Shown: positions 47,466 to 58,343, counted from the first letter of the stretch. The stretch: DNA of 64,000 nt from Candidatus Aminicenantes bacterium (GCA_963701305.1 OY969586.1:345360-409359); one strand, 5' to 3'. A program made the numbers and translations. The notes: a model not told the origin generated them from the letters alone.

Positions 47466-48222
47466 ACAACCTGACCGAATAGGCTGGGGTTCGGTAAAAA
47501 ACAGCCTCATATCCAATTATCTTCCCCTCCTCGGTCGTCAGCCAGGGAACATCATTATGAGAATAATCACTGATCTGTGCGGCGTTCATATCCGAAAGTC
47601 TCTCCAGAACTTTATCCACAACCTGAATTTCATTGCCCTTGAGTTTCGAAAGATCCGGTTTTCTCAAGGGTAGGTATTTCCGTTGGGGGTAGCCAAAGTA
47701 CTTATCCTTCACCTCCATAATCTCCTTCCCGAGCATCCTATCGACGATCTTTCTGAATTCAAGGGGGGTCGGCCCATAGTGGTTCTTTTTATACGTCGCT
47801 CCGATCAATTGTTCTTCATATTTCTCGTAATAATCAAAATCCATGAAATAGAGGAGCTTATAGAGGACCGTCTCGCCAATATTCGGCTTGGCCCCAACTT
47901 TATTCAGGATATAAAGGAGAACTTCCCTGAACTTATCGAGGTTCTTTTGCGGAACATCAATTCTCATCGCGGATTTGGTTTTATAAGGACGGGCGTTTTC
48001 TTTGATAACGACTAGCGCTTCCTTCTCCCGATTCAAAAGATTCTCCACCGAGGTATTAAAAATCCGAGCCAGTCTGCTCAATTCTTCTGCACATACCTTT
48101 CGGTCGCCGTTTTCAATCTGAGATATTGTAGGGCGCGAAACTCCAAGCATTTCAGCCAATGTTTCTTGGTTCATCCCCAGAATTTCCCTAAACTGCTTAA
48201 TTCTTTTACCCAGATTGACCAT
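47446..48222 (-). CDS. XRE HTH + DUF4065 (Panacea/SocA-like) antitoxin
   Basis: QETLAEMLGVSRPTISQIENG; LYKLLYFMDF, YGPTP, SH.D.PW. Confidence 0.85.
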   Translation of the reverse strand: MVNLGKRIKQFREILGMNQETLAEMLGVSRPTISQIENGDRKVCAEELSRLARIFNTSVENLLNREKEALVVIKENARPYKTKSAMRIDVPQKNLDKFREVLLYILNKVGAKPNIGETVLYKLLYFMDFDYYEKYEEQLIGATYKKNHYGPTPLEFRKIVDRMLGKEIMEVKDKYFGYPQRKYLPLRKPDLSKLKGNEIQVVDKVLERLSDMNAAQISDYSHNDVPWLTTEEGKIIGYEAVFYRTPAYSVRLYDGDIQ

Positions 48223-48242
48223 CTTGCGTCACCTCCTTTTCC

Positions 48243-48294
48243 ATTTTAGCTATGTTTGATTATTTGTCAATATGTTGTTATAATTTCCAACATA
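48243..48294 (-). promoter_or_regulatory. sigma70 promoter with adjacent palindromic operator for the toxin-antitoxin operon
   Basis: TTGACA-16 bp-TAAAAT (48270-48243); TATGTTG-N10-CAACATA (48271-48294). Confidence 0.7.
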
Positions 48295-48473
48295 AAATCG
48301 ACCCCAACGCTGAACAGAATTAACCGGGGGCCCGCCTGTCTCACCAAGGGGGGCACCGCCGGGGTCTTCGTTCAGCCGCGCCCGAAGTGATTTCCTAACA
48401 GGAATTCGGCTCCAGCCTTCCTTTCTCGTTAATAGGGTAGTATGCTATCTATTATTTGATAAACGGAGGAAGC

Positions 48474-48992
48474 ATGGATTCAATTATGGACCCTCTTCGG
48501 TTCCGTTGTGTCGGTTCTTTGAGCGTTCCGCCAGTTCCCCGGTTCGAGGCATTTCATGCGTTCCGCAGTGCGAGGAAGGTCATTCGGATGACGGAGCTAT
48601 TCCTCCGGGCCGTGCGGTCGGTCGTAGAAGAGCAGGTACCCGAAACCACCCTAGTGGCGTATGAGTCATTGACGAGACTCCGAAACGAGATTACCTCACA
48701 GATCGTGCCGGGAAAGGTCTTCCTCGCTCATTTCCTGCACCTCCTGGAGATGCCGCTAAACGAGGCTATTCTCTTGCGCAAGGACGGATGCAATGTCGGC
48801 TACATCTCCGGGGAGGGTGCCACTCGGTGCGCCGTCAGCGCCGAGTGGACAACCGGCAGGGGATTTCTCGACACAGGCTGGTTCCTGAACGCGGTTAGTT
48901 ACGAATCTGGGCTCGGGGACCGATACCATGACGACCCCCTGATGCGGCTTCCGAGCGAATGGCTGGCGGGAACGCGGTTCATCACGTCCTGA
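48474..48992 (+). CDS. Hypothetical protein
   Basis: SD GGAGGA; 172 aa ORF filling an otherwise empty gap. Confidence 0.65.
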   Translation: MDSIMDPLRFRCVGSLSVPPVPRFEAFHAFRSARKVIRMTELFLRAVRSVVEEQVPETTLVAYESLTRLRNEITSQIVPGKVFLAHFLHLLEMPLNEAILLRKDGCNVGYISGEGATRCAVSAEWTTGRGFLDTGWFLNAVSYESGLGDRYHDDPLMRLPSEWLAGTRFITS

Positions 48993-49052
48993 ACGCAAAA
49001 GGTCCCTTCAAAGGCCAAGTTCAGCCTTGGATTTCCGTAAAGGCGGACTTAT

Positions 49053-49427
49053 TTATTCGTCGGAGCCCCCGCCGTAGTTTCCGCCTTCTTCGGCATCTCC
49101 CTTTTCTTTTTCCGCTTCTTCCATCGCCTCGTCGACTTCCTGCTCGAAATCCTCGCCCGCGTCCTCGCCCATCTCCCTCCCCATTTTCTTCATCCAGCGG
49201 GCCATGCTCTTGGGATCATTTTCATCCAGACCGCCGAGATTCGAGGGATCGGCCAGACTCTCCATCCGGCTTTCCTCGGATCGGAGAAAGGCCACCCGGG
49301 AAACTAGTTTTTCAACTCGGGAGCTCCCACAATTCTTGCACTTCGGCTCGAAGGCTGACCCTATAGAGAGGGTGACAAAAGTGGATTTCCTGCCACAGTC
49401 AAGACACCGATATTCGTAAATCGGCAT
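49053..49427 (-). CDS. FmdB-family zinc ribbon protein
   Basis: MPIYEYRCLDCG...CKNCGS. Confidence 0.9.
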   Translation of the reverse strand: MPIYEYRCLDCGRKSTFVTLSIGSAFEPKCKNCGSSRVEKLVSRVAFLRSEESRMESLADPSNLGGLDENDPKSMARWMKKMGREMGEDAGEDFEQEVDEAMEEAEKEKGDAEEGGNYGGGSDE

Positions 49428-49641
49428 CGGCTCCTCTTGGTGGGATTTCCCATGCGCCTCGACTCTGGGAGCAGAACGGCTGTTTTGGTCAGCAGCGTCT
49501 GGACGCATGGCACACAGCCTCCCCCGAAATCAGATGAACGCCCATCGAGAATTCCGTCATCACGGGTACCTGAACATCGGCTTTGATAAAGCAGCCCCGC
49601 GGGCCGGGCACCCGTCAGCAGTCGGTTCTATGGAGGCCACC

Positions 49642-49753
49642 TGGACCCCGTCGGCAGGGGACCTTGGGTGTGCGGGGGAACCGACGGGCCTGGTTCCTCG
49701 GGGGTCCGGGGGCCGAGGGTGGCCTCCGGCGCAACTTGAACGGAAGTCCATTA
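49642..49753. repeat. GC-rich palindromic dispersed element (family B, copy 2)
   Basis: Nested stems GGAGGCCACC..GGTGGCCTCC, GGACCCC..GGGGTCC and CCCGTCGG..CCGACGGG. Confidence 0.65.
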
Positions 49754-49874
49754 GCTATTGCGTTTGCATTAGATGATGAGATGACGAGAGAGGCGATTTC
49801 CCTTGATTTGTTTGACCGCAGGGTTAATAATGGGTCCGCAATGGCGATATCCCCTGACAAGAGAGGAGGGTAAC

Positions 49875-51596
49875 TTGAGATCAAAGTCATTCCTCAAGAG
49901 CGCGATTATCTTCGCCGTCGCGGTCCTGAGCTTCATTTCCTGCTCCAACGTTCAAAAGGGCCGACAGACAGCCGACCTTATTCTCCAAGACGCAGCCATC
50001 TACACGATGGACGACGCCCGCAGCTGGGCCGATGCCGTGGCTGTCGGCGGAGGGAAGATCCTATATGTCGGGACCGAAGCCGGCGCCCAAAAACTCAAGG
50101 GCCCGGAAAGCAAGGTTATCGACCTCGGCGGTCGCATGGTCCTACCCGGGTTCCAGGATTCCCATGTCCATCTCATCAGCGGAGGAATTGAACTCGAACT
50201 ATGCAACCTCAACGGCCTTGTCACGAAAGAAGAGGTTTTTAAAAAAATCCAGGATTATGCCGCGCAAAACCCGAGCAAGTCCTGGGTCGTGGGAGGCGGC
50301 TGGGATTTGACAATCTTCCCGGATGCCAACCCGTTGAAGGAGGATCTCGACCGGCTGGTCCCGGACCGCCCGGCCTATATGACTTCCGCAGACGGCCACT
50401 CGTCCTGGGTCAACTCTAAAGCCCTGGAAATCGCCGGTCTCACGAAGATGACACCGGATCCTGAGGCGGGCCGGATTGAACGCAAAAAAGAGACCGGCGA
50501 ACCCTCGGGGACTCTTCGCGAAAGCGCCTCCGGGCTGGTGGGCAGTCATCTTCCGGCGACGAGCGACGCCGATTTTCGCCGGGGCCTGGAGGAGGGGCTG
50601 GCTCTTGCCAATCGGTTCGGCATCACCTCCATCCTGGAGGCCAGCGCCGACGATGACCTCATGAAGGCTTACTCGGAGTTCGACCGAAGCGGCAAGCTCA
50701 CGGTCAGAGTATTGGCTTCTCTCTATGTCGAGCCCAAAAAAGACGTCGCTCAGGTCGCCGACCTTATCAAGAAGCGGGAGCTTTACCGCGGTCACTTTCT
50801 GGAGGCGACGACGGCAAAAATCTTCGCCGATGGAGTCATCGAGTCCGGAACTGCGGCCTTGCTCGAGCCGTATCTCAATCGCCCCGGTTACCGGGGACTT
50901 CCCAACCTCGAGCCCGAGCTTCTCAACCGCCTCGCTGTCGCTTTGGACAAGGAGGGATTCCAAATCCATATCCACGCCATTGGAGACTTTGGGATCCGCA
51001 TGTCCCTCGATGCCTTGGAGCTGGCCGAGCGCACCAACGGTCGCCGGGACGCCCGGCATCACATCGCCCACCTCGAATTGATCAACCCCAAGGACATCCC
51101 CCGTTTCAGGCAACTGGGGGTCATCTCCAATTTCCAGGCGCTGTGGGCTTATCCTGACGCCTACATCACGAAATTCACGGAGCCGGTCCTCGGCCAGGAG
51201 CGTTCCCGTTGGCTTTACCCGATCGGAAGCATCGTCAAGAGCGGAGGGATGATCGTCGGCGGGAGCGATTGGTCTGTTTCATCGTTGAACCCGCTTGACG
51301 CCATTCAAATCGGGATAACCAGGCGAAGCTTGGAAGACACGTCCGGTCAAAGCTGGATTCCGGAAGAACTGGTGGATCTCCCGACTATGCTTGCGGCTTA
51401 CACCATCAACGGAGCTTTTATTTGCCACCAAGAAAAACTCAGGGGCTCCCTTGAGCCCGGAAAGGCGGCCGACCTCATCGTCCTGGAGAGGAATCTCTTC
51501 GAGATTCCGCCGAACCAGATTCACACCGTAAAAGTCTTGCTTGCCCTGCTTGAAGGCAGGGTCATCTACCGGGCATCAGAAATGCCAGCCCAGTAG
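49875..51596 (+). CDS. Amidohydrolase 3 family (YtcJ-like), possibly a lipoprotein
   Basis: SD GAGGAGG plus TTG start; PGFQDSHVH, KIFADG, HAIGD, HIAH, GSDW, GKAADL. Confidence 0.9.
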   Translation: MRSKSFLKSAIIFAVAVLSFISCSNVQKGRQTADLILQDAAIYTMDDARSWADAVAVGGGKILYVGTEAGAQKLKGPESKVIDLGGRMVLPGFQDSHVHLISGGIELELCNLNGLVTKEEVFKKIQDYAAQNPSKSWVVGGGWDLTIFPDANPLKEDLDRLVPDRPAYMTSADGHSSWVNSKALEIAGLTKMTPDPEAGRIERKKETGEPSGTLRESASGLVGSHLPATSDADFRRGLEEGLALANRFGITSILEASADDDLMKAYSEFDRSGKLTVRVLASLYVEPKKDVAQVADLIKKRELYRGHFLEATTAKIFADGVIESGTAALLEPYLNRPGYRGLPNLEPELLNRLAVALDKEGFQIHIHAIGDFGIRMSLDALELAERTNGRRDARHHIAHLELINPKDIPRFRQLGVISNFQALWAYPDAYITKFTEPVLGQERSRWLYPIGSIVKSGGMIVGGSDWSVSSLNPLDAIQIGITRRSLEDTSGQSWIPEELVDLPTMLAAYTINGAFICHQEKLRGSLEPGKAADLIVLERNLFEIPPNQIHTVKVLLALLEGRVIYRASEMPAQ

Positions 51597-53494
51597 GTTC
51601 CAAAAATTTAGGAACCAGAGGAAAGCCAGGCCCGCCAATAACACCAACGTATAGTGCAGGCGGTGACATCTCGTCCAATATCGTTTGGCCCAGGCCATCG
51701 CGGTAAAAATCAGCACACCGATCCCGAGCACCGCGGCCAGGAGAGGTAAAACAAGACTGAATTTGAGAATCGGTGGGACACCAGCCATCAACTCTTTGAC
51801 ATTGCTCACGGAGGCGAGCACGCCCAGAAGGGTCAGGACAAACAATCCGCTCATGACTCCGGCCAGCCAGCGGGCTGCCTTAGGAGCCTTCACACCCTCA
51901 CACTTGCGCCGGCACAGAATCCGGGACAGGGCCGCGATCGGCCAACCCAGCGCCGCCGTAAGGAACAGGAGGACACAGAGAGCCAGGACAAAATAGTGGA
52001 ACGTCGGCGTTTCATACCCGGCCAGTTTGACCAGGGCCATATGCGGCACCTGGCTTGAAAAGGCGTAGGAAATGCCGGAGGCGCCGTCTTCCCTGAAGAC
52101 GACTTTGTCCTGCCCGTTCAGCTGCTGGAAGAAAAGAGGTTCCACTTCGACATACTGCCGAGTCTCCCATTCCGCCGGGGAGCAAGAGGAGCAGGGTCCC
52201 TTCCTTGGTCGGTCTCGCCTTGATCGCCATCATGAGAGAGGACAATTTTTCATAGGTCTTATACGCGTGCCGGGTCACCCCGTAGGCTCCCGCAATACAG
52301 ACCCAGCGTTTTCTTCGCCTCTATCGAAGGCTTAGGCTCGGTGAGCGGAGGGTCAGGAGGAAAATAGCGGTCGAGGAAAGCTTTGAAGAGCTCATCCCTG
52401 GCGGGCCCGTTGGGGCTGTTGTAGGATACGAACCAACCCAGATTTTTCTCGGGAATGAGGGCAAGCTGAGAGTGAAATAGCATTGTGTCTCCGCCGTGTT
52501 CGATCAGATGGAGACGGTTAAAATCGTACTCCCAGAAGCCATGAGCGTTTCCGCAGATCCGGGGATCGTGTGAAAAAAGCCGGGAGTGCATGAGCTTGGC
52601 CGTGTCTTCCTTGAGAATTCTCTGGTCGCCGAATTGTCCGTTCTGAAGGTGGGCGATCATGAAATTGGCCATGTCGGTCGCGCAGGAGCTGAGGGAACCG
52701 GCCGGGGCCATCCCGTTGAGGAGCTCAAAGTCCTCGGCTTTGAACAATCCTTGCTTAAACGTGTAGCCCACTGACATGTCGGGAGCCAGAGCGGCCGGCA
52801 GAGGCTCGCGGAAGGTGCTGTGCTGCATCCCGAGGGGCTTAAAAATGTTCTGTTCGACGTAGTCTTCAAAAGGCGTTCCCGAAACGAGCTCGACGATGTG
52901 GCCGGCCAGGGCGGTTCCGTAATTCGAATAGGATGTGATCACTCCGGGTGGCCGGATTCTGGCCGGGATATGGGTGCCCAGGAACTTGCCCAAGGGCATC
53001 AGGTCCTTGGTGGTCCTGGCCCACATCCCAACTCCCAGATCTTCAAAGCCGGGGGTATGAGACATCAGGTTCTTTATGGTGATGGGCTGCGGATAGGTAG
53101 CCGGGATCTTGAAATCTTTGAGATAGGTGTTGACATCGGCATCCAGGTCGATCTTGCCCTGCTCGTAGAGCTGCATGATCGCCGTCCAGGTAAAGAGCTT
53201 GGTGACGGATCCGGGGCGGAACATGGTCCTGTCCGCGAGCACGGGCTTTTTGTTTTTGACATCCGCAAAGCCGTAGCCCTTGGCAAAAAAGAGTTTCCCA
53301 TCCTTGACTACGGCGATCGTGACTCCGGCGACATGGTTCGCCTCCATCTGGGTTGCCATGATCCCGTCCAGGAAGGCTTCCAGCTCGGCAGGGTTAGTCG
53401 GTCCCTGGGAAGCAGCCTTCTCCTGCGCCAACAGGAAGATGGGACAGAGGATAAGAAGGGAAACAAGAAAGGCCAGGGAAAGGTATCTTTTCAT
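51576..53494 (-). pseudogene. Membrane-anchored serine hydrolase (beta-lactamase family) broken by two single-base frameshifts
   Basis: SVTK, YSN and HGG motifs are intact. The protein continues across three ORFs, with frame changes near 52290 and 52163. Confidence 0.8.
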
Positions 53495-53605
53495 CGGCTC
53501 ACTCCTTTTTGCGATTATTGAGCCCCCCTCGGGGACTCGGGCAAAATAAGGCCCTCAGATATTTTATACGGGCATTCTACTGCAAAGTTCAATGGCGACT
53601 CGTGC

Positions 53606-55384
53606 TCACTGGGTTTTTTGGCGCTCCGAGATCCAGTGCTCGACGATCTCCCGGAGCATCGGGAGAGTCACCGAGCCGTGGATGAGAAGCTGGTCGTGGA
53701 AACTCCGGATATCAAACTTGGAACCGAGCGCCTTTTCAGCTTGATGCCTCAGATCGAAGTACTCAATGGCTCCGGTGTCATAGCACGTGAGTTGCGCCGG
53801 CCAGCCGATGATCCGGTCGACCAACGACTCCGCGTCGTGAGGCGTGAATCTTCCGGTCGACATCACGTAATCAACGGCCTTCTGTCGGGTCCAGCCCAAG
53901 ACGTGGATACCTGGGTCAACGACCATCCCATGGGCCGGCCAAACCCGGCGATTGATCCGGGCAAAGTCCGTGGCGTAGATCCCCATCTCCTCCGCGAGGG
54001 CCTCGGTGTATCTGGCCCAGCCTTCGACGTAGCTCGCGCTCCCGGCCAGGTGGGAGATCATGTGGGCCTTGGGAAGCTCCTGGGCCACGGAGATCTGGAA
54101 ATGATGGCCCGGGTAGGTTTCGTGAAAGGCCGTAACTTCCGCGCCCGCGCGGGTCTGGTTCTCGGGTTGATACAGATTGATCATGTAGACACCCGGACGG
54201 CTCCCGTCCTCAGCGGCCGGCTCATAGTGGTTCGAAGCCGTCTGTTCAAGGAAAGCGGGAATGGGCTCAATCACGACCTCGGCCTTGGGAATAATGTTGA
54301 ACCAGCCCGGGAGCGCCTGGCGTGCGCGGGCGACGGCTTCCTTAGAAAAATTGAGAAGCTCTTCCCTGCTCTTGAAGTGATTGCGTGGGTCGTTCTGCAT
54401 CTTGTCGCGGATCACCTTCAGATCACCCGTGCCAAAAATCTTTTGGCCGATCTCTGAAGCCTCCGCTTCGTATTTCGCGACGTACTGTTCTCCCAGCCGA
54501 AAGGTCTCTTCCGCTGATCGATCAAGGTTCGTATAAGAGCGCAGAAAAGCGCGATAACATTCTGGGCCGTTCGGGAAGGCCGAGATACCGATCGTCTCCC
54601 TCGCTTTGGCCAAGTATTCGTTCGCCAGGAAATCACGATAGCGTCGGATGGCGGGGTTGGCCTCTTGGACGAGAAGAATCTCCCAGGCCGTTTTGAATTC
54701 AGGCGTCCCGGCTCTCTGGGCGGGGCTGTAAAAAGGCGATTTCGTCACCGGCGCGGCCAGGATGGCGTCTAGCTGAGCAATCACGAGTTCGACGTTCCGC
54801 TTCGGGGTCGTGTATCCGAGCCGGATTCCCTCTTTGAGATTGGAAACCTCCGTGTCAAGGTACCGAGGCAGCTGCCGCCAGCGGGCCAGGGCCTGGCTCC
54901 TGAGCTCGGGAGTCCCGACGGGTTGGATGGCGGCCAGTTGGGTGGCACTCGCCTGCCAGCCGGATAGCTGATTGACCGTCCAGAGCTCCGTCCGGGCAAC
55001 TCGAAGTTGGCGCGAACTCTCGAGAGCCTCCTTAAGAAATCCGTAGGTCAGCCATTCTGGCCGCCCCCACAAAGACCGGCCGTCGATCCCGGCCAGCTCA
55101 GAAGCCCAAGAATCCTCTTTGGCCTGCCAGGCCTTGAGACCATCCAGCGAATTATCGCTGAGCTTATCGTGCGACACATTTGCGAGCCCCATGGCGGTCG
55201 CCTGCTCCGGGAATCTCGCCATAGACTCACGGACATACTCGTCGGCCAGCGAAGTCACCCGGGCAGCGGCCGTATCAACAGACGCCGCCGGTTGGGCCTT
55301 ATCTCCGCCGCCCTGAGGCGAGGAGCAGGCTCCCAAAATCAGGATCGCACATGATAATAGAACTGTAAAACATCGAATCTTCAT
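53606..55384 (-). CDS. DUF885 family metalloprotein (lipoprotein)
   Basis: Lipobox LGAC; HETYPGHH.Q, EGWA.Y.E, FDIRSFHD. Confidence 0.9.
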   Translation of the reverse strand: MKIRCFTVLLSCAILILGACSSPQGGGDKAQPAASVDTAAARVTSLADEYVRESMARFPEQATAMGLANVSHDKLSDNSLDGLKAWQAKEDSWASELAGIDGRSLWGRPEWLTYGFLKEALESSRQLRVARTELWTVNQLSGWQASATQLAAIQPVGTPELRSQALARWRQLPRYLDTEVSNLKEGIRLGYTTPKRNVELVIAQLDAILAAPVTKSPFYSPAQRAGTPEFKTAWEILLVQEANPAIRRYRDFLANEYLAKARETIGISAFPNGPECYRAFLRSYTNLDRSAEETFRLGEQYVAKYEAEASEIGQKIFGTGDLKVIRDKMQNDPRNHFKSREELLNFSKEAVARARQALPGWFNIIPKAEVVIEPIPAFLEQTASNHYEPAAEDGSRPGVYMINLYQPENQTRAGAEVTAFHETYPGHHFQISVAQELPKAHMISHLAGSASYVEGWARYTEALAEEMGIYATDFARINRRVWPAHGMVVDPGIHVLGWTRQKAVDYVMSTGRFTPHDAESLVDRIIGWPAQLTCYDTGAIEYFDLRHQAEKALGSKFDIRSFHDQLLIHGSVTLPMLREIVEHWISERQKTQ

Positions 55385-57741
55385 TCCCAACCTCCTCTTT
55401 TTTTGTCTTTCAGCCCGCGGTTGATAAACTCCCTCAAGAAGCGGACGGCGTCGTCGCAGCGCCTGAACGTGGGAACTCCCTCCCTCTCGAGATAATCCAC
55501 CATGGGATCATAAGCTGCGCCTCCGTCGACATTGACCACAAAAGGCTTATCGGTCTTACGGAAAAGGTCGATGAGTCTTGTCGGCGTGCTTCGGGGATCG
55601 AAGATGCTCTCGGATGATAAACCCGAAGGCCCCAGGGTCTGCATCGTCGGAGTCATGGGCACCGGAGAGACAACCGCGCAATCCACGCCATCATCCTCGA
55701 GCAGGAGCCGGGCGCAGTCGCAGAATACGGCGTCATCGCCGACCGGTGTAATATCGATAGGATTGCGGATATCTTGGAGTCGGTCGATTCCGAGCGGCGC
55801 CAGGATGGAACGTATTTTCCCGACGGTTCCGGGGCTGAGACGGGCCAGGGTTAGATCGGAATCATTCTTCAGGTTATCGGCCATAATGACGCATTCAAAG
55901 CCGGCGTTGCTGATGAGTCCGACCCGAGCCCCTCGAACTTTTTTATCCCCCAGAAAGACAAGCCCTTTTATGAAACCGGAGAAATCGGCGATCGTATCCA
56001 CGACGGTGGCACCCGCTGCCCCGAGTAGGGACCGGGCGATCTCGAAGTCTCCCGCCACAGAAGCGGTATGGCTCGTCGTCGCGGCCCGTCCCTCCGGCGT
56101 TCGCCCGGCTTTGTAAACTACGACCGCCTTTCCTGGCTGCCGAGTGACCCCCGAAATCGCCTTGGCCAGAGCAAGACCGTCGCCCGGATGAAATCCCTCG
56201 ATATAGAGGGCGAAGGTTTTCGCCTCCTCGTCATCTTTGAGATAGCGGAGGTAATCCGAGGCGGTCAGGTCGATCTGGTTACCCAGCGAGACGGCATAGA
56301 GGGGGACGATCGAAGGCAGGTTGCTCATCCTCGAGAGCATGAAGGCGCCGCTCTGGCTGAGATAGACGACACCAGCCTCGCGACCCTTGGGTCGGGGGAA
56401 CTTGTGCTCGGGGATGAAGGTCGTATCATAGTGGGCCGGACGTGAATAGATCCCCAGGCAGTTCGCACCGTTGACGACTGGTGTCAGCCTCCCCTGATTC
56501 CTGCTTGTCTTCAGCAGGGCCTTGATCTCGGCTTCCAGCTCTTGGGTGCCCTTTTTCTCGCCCAGCCCGCCGGCGATGAGGATGACCGAGCGCGCCTTTT
56601 CAGCCGCGACGAGCTCCTTCAACACCTCATAAGTCTGTTCTGCGTCGAGGGTGAGGACGAACAGGTCCACGGTCCGGGGCAGTTCGGAAACGGAAGGGAC
56701 GCAGAGGCAGCCCTCGATCTCCCGGAGGCCGGGTTTCACGACAAAGACGTTCGCGCGGGGAAAACCGGTCTTCAGAATATTGTTGAGAATCACGTGGCCG
56801 ATGTTCGACTTTTGCGAGACCCCGATGATGCCGATTGTCTCGGGATGGAGGATGCGTTGGATATTTTCGAAGGGTCGGCTTCTCTCCTCGAGGTGGTCCG
56901 AGGAAAATCGGAAGAGGCCATCGAGCGGCACGAGTTTCCCCCGGCGGACGACGAGAGGATTGACCTCCGCTTCTTCGAGGACAAATGGACTTCGCGCCGA
57001 AACGGGAGAAAAATGCGCGGCCAGCCTCCGGAAGCGGTCGAAGGCGTTGATGAGCTCCCCTTCCGGGATCAGGGGCGCCCGGCCGCGGAATTCAGCCGCC
57101 AGCTTGCCGTAGAAGACAAGAGGGGCCAAGAGAGAACGAATGTCATTCTTTTGAACAAGGTGGGCGGACGCCGAAGCCGAAGCCCGGCCCGGTTTGAGCT
57201 TCGGGCTCAGGTATTCCACGTCGACTCCTCCAATGCCCATGGTCACGACGGGACCGAACTCCCTCGAGTTTCTGGCTCCGAGGAGCATCTCCTCCCCAAG
57301 CCCCGCCTTCTCGAAGTCCACCCTCTCGCAGATCAGGAATCCACGGGTCTGGAGCTCGATTTCCTCGAGAGAGAGCCGTATTTCATCCCGGCTCGGGCCG
57401 TGTTTGCGTTCCCAAGACAAAAATTTTTTTGGGACCTCCGCCATCATCTCCTGCATGGCGCGGTTGATCCCCGCGATCTCTTTTTTGACGAAACGGACGC
57501 CGCCGACATCGGATTTGTGGGCGATCAACGGGGAGACGATTTTTAGGACGACCCGATCGCCCTTGACCTTGTCCAGATCCCGCCGACCGATCCTCCGGCC
57601 CTTCTTAATATATATGTATCGAGGCGGCTCTATCCCGAGGGACCGGAGTAACTGGTAGACTTCGGGCTCAAGAAGAGAAAACCGCCCCTCTCGAGCGGCC
57701 AGCTCGAGGATCCTCTCGGCCCGGTCAAAATCAATCTTCAT
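55381..57741 (-). CDS. ADP-forming acyl-CoA synthetase (ATP-grasp domain N-terminal)
   Basis: KIVSP.IAHKSDVGGV, EVNP, GANCLG, SQSGA, SHTAS (phospho-histidine), NPID. Confidence 0.9.
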   Translation of the reverse strand: MKIDFDRAERILELAAREGRFSLLEPEVYQLLRSLGIEPPRYIYIKKGRRIGRRDLDKVKGDRVVLKIVSPLIAHKSDVGGVRFVKKEIAGINRAMQEMMAEVPKKFLSWERKHGPSRDEIRLSLEEIELQTRGFLICERVDFEKAGLGEEMLLGARNSREFGPVVTMGIGGVDVEYLSPKLKPGRASASASAHLVQKNDIRSLLAPLVFYGKLAAEFRGRAPLIPEGELINAFDRFRRLAAHFSPVSARSPFVLEEAEVNPLVVRRGKLVPLDGLFRFSSDHLEERSRPFENIQRILHPETIGIIGVSQKSNIGHVILNNILKTGFPRANVFVVKPGLREIEGCLCVPSVSELPRTVDLFVLTLDAEQTYEVLKELVAAEKARSVILIAGGLGEKKGTQELEAEIKALLKTSRNQGRLTPVVNGANCLGIYSRPAHYDTTFIPEHKFPRPKGREAGVVYLSQSGAFMLSRMSNLPSIVPLYAVSLGNQIDLTASDYLRYLKDDEEAKTFALYIEGFHPGDGLALAKAISGVTRQPGKAVVVYKAGRTPEGRAATTSHTASVAGDFEIARSLLGAAGATVVDTIADFSGFIKGLVFLGDKKVRGARVGLISNAGFECVIMADNLKNDSDLTLARLSPGTVGKIRSILAPLGIDRLQDIRNPIDITPVGDDAVFCDCARLLLEDDGVDCAVVSPVPMTPTMQTLGPSGLSSESIFDPRSTPTRLIDLFRKTDKPFVVNVDGGAAYDPMVDYLEREGVPTFRRCDDAVRFLREFINRGLKDKKRGGWE

Positions 57742-58343
57742 TCTCGGATTACAGGGCCCGTGTCCCCGGATTCGACGCCCGATTTCCGCCCTAAGGTGAA
57801 GGCCTTCAGGTTGGTTTCAACCAGGCTCTCGCCCCGGCCCCTGAAAAGGGCTTCGATCGAGCCGCGCAGGTCCACCTCCTTGATGATCAGAAAATTGGAC
57901 GCCGCCCCGAGCATCACCATGTTCTGAGATTTCGAGGTGCCGGCTTCTCTCGCCAGTTTCTCGGAATCTACGATGATACTCCGCGGCAACTTCCGGAGCG
58001 CGGCGATCACATCTTCCAGAGGAGGATAGTCGGGGATGTTGACGAAAGGCGTCATGGAAGTGACGATCCGGCCGTCCGGCCGCAGATATTCGACATACCG
58101 AAGAGCCTCGAGCGGCTCAACGCTCAGGATCAGATCCCCTTCGCCCCTCGGGACAAGGTCGCTGTAGATAGGCCCGTCCGAGAGCCGGAGGTGAGACTGG
58201 ACGGCTCCGCCGCGCTGGGCCATCCCGTGAACTTCCGCCTGCTTGAAATGAAGTCCTTCTTTGAGCGCGGCGTTGTCAATCACAAAGGCGATCGAGAGGA
58301 TCCCCTGCCCTCCGACCCCGGCCAAGATGATGTCCTGTTTCAT
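57738..58343 (-). CDS. iorB: Indolepyruvate:ferredoxin oxidoreductase beta subunit
   Basis: GVGGQG, EVHGMAQRGGAV, NMVMLGA. Confidence 0.94.
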   Translation of the reverse strand: MKQDIILAGVGGQGILSIAFVIDNAALKEGLHFKQAEVHGMAQRGGAVQSHLRLSDGPIYSDLVPRGEGDLILSVEPLEALRYVEYLRPDGRIVTSMTPFVNIPDYPPLEDVIAALRKLPRSIIVDSEKLAREAGTSKSQNMVMLGAASNFLIIKEVDLRGSIEALFRGRGESLVETNLKAFTLGRKSGVESGDTGPVIRE

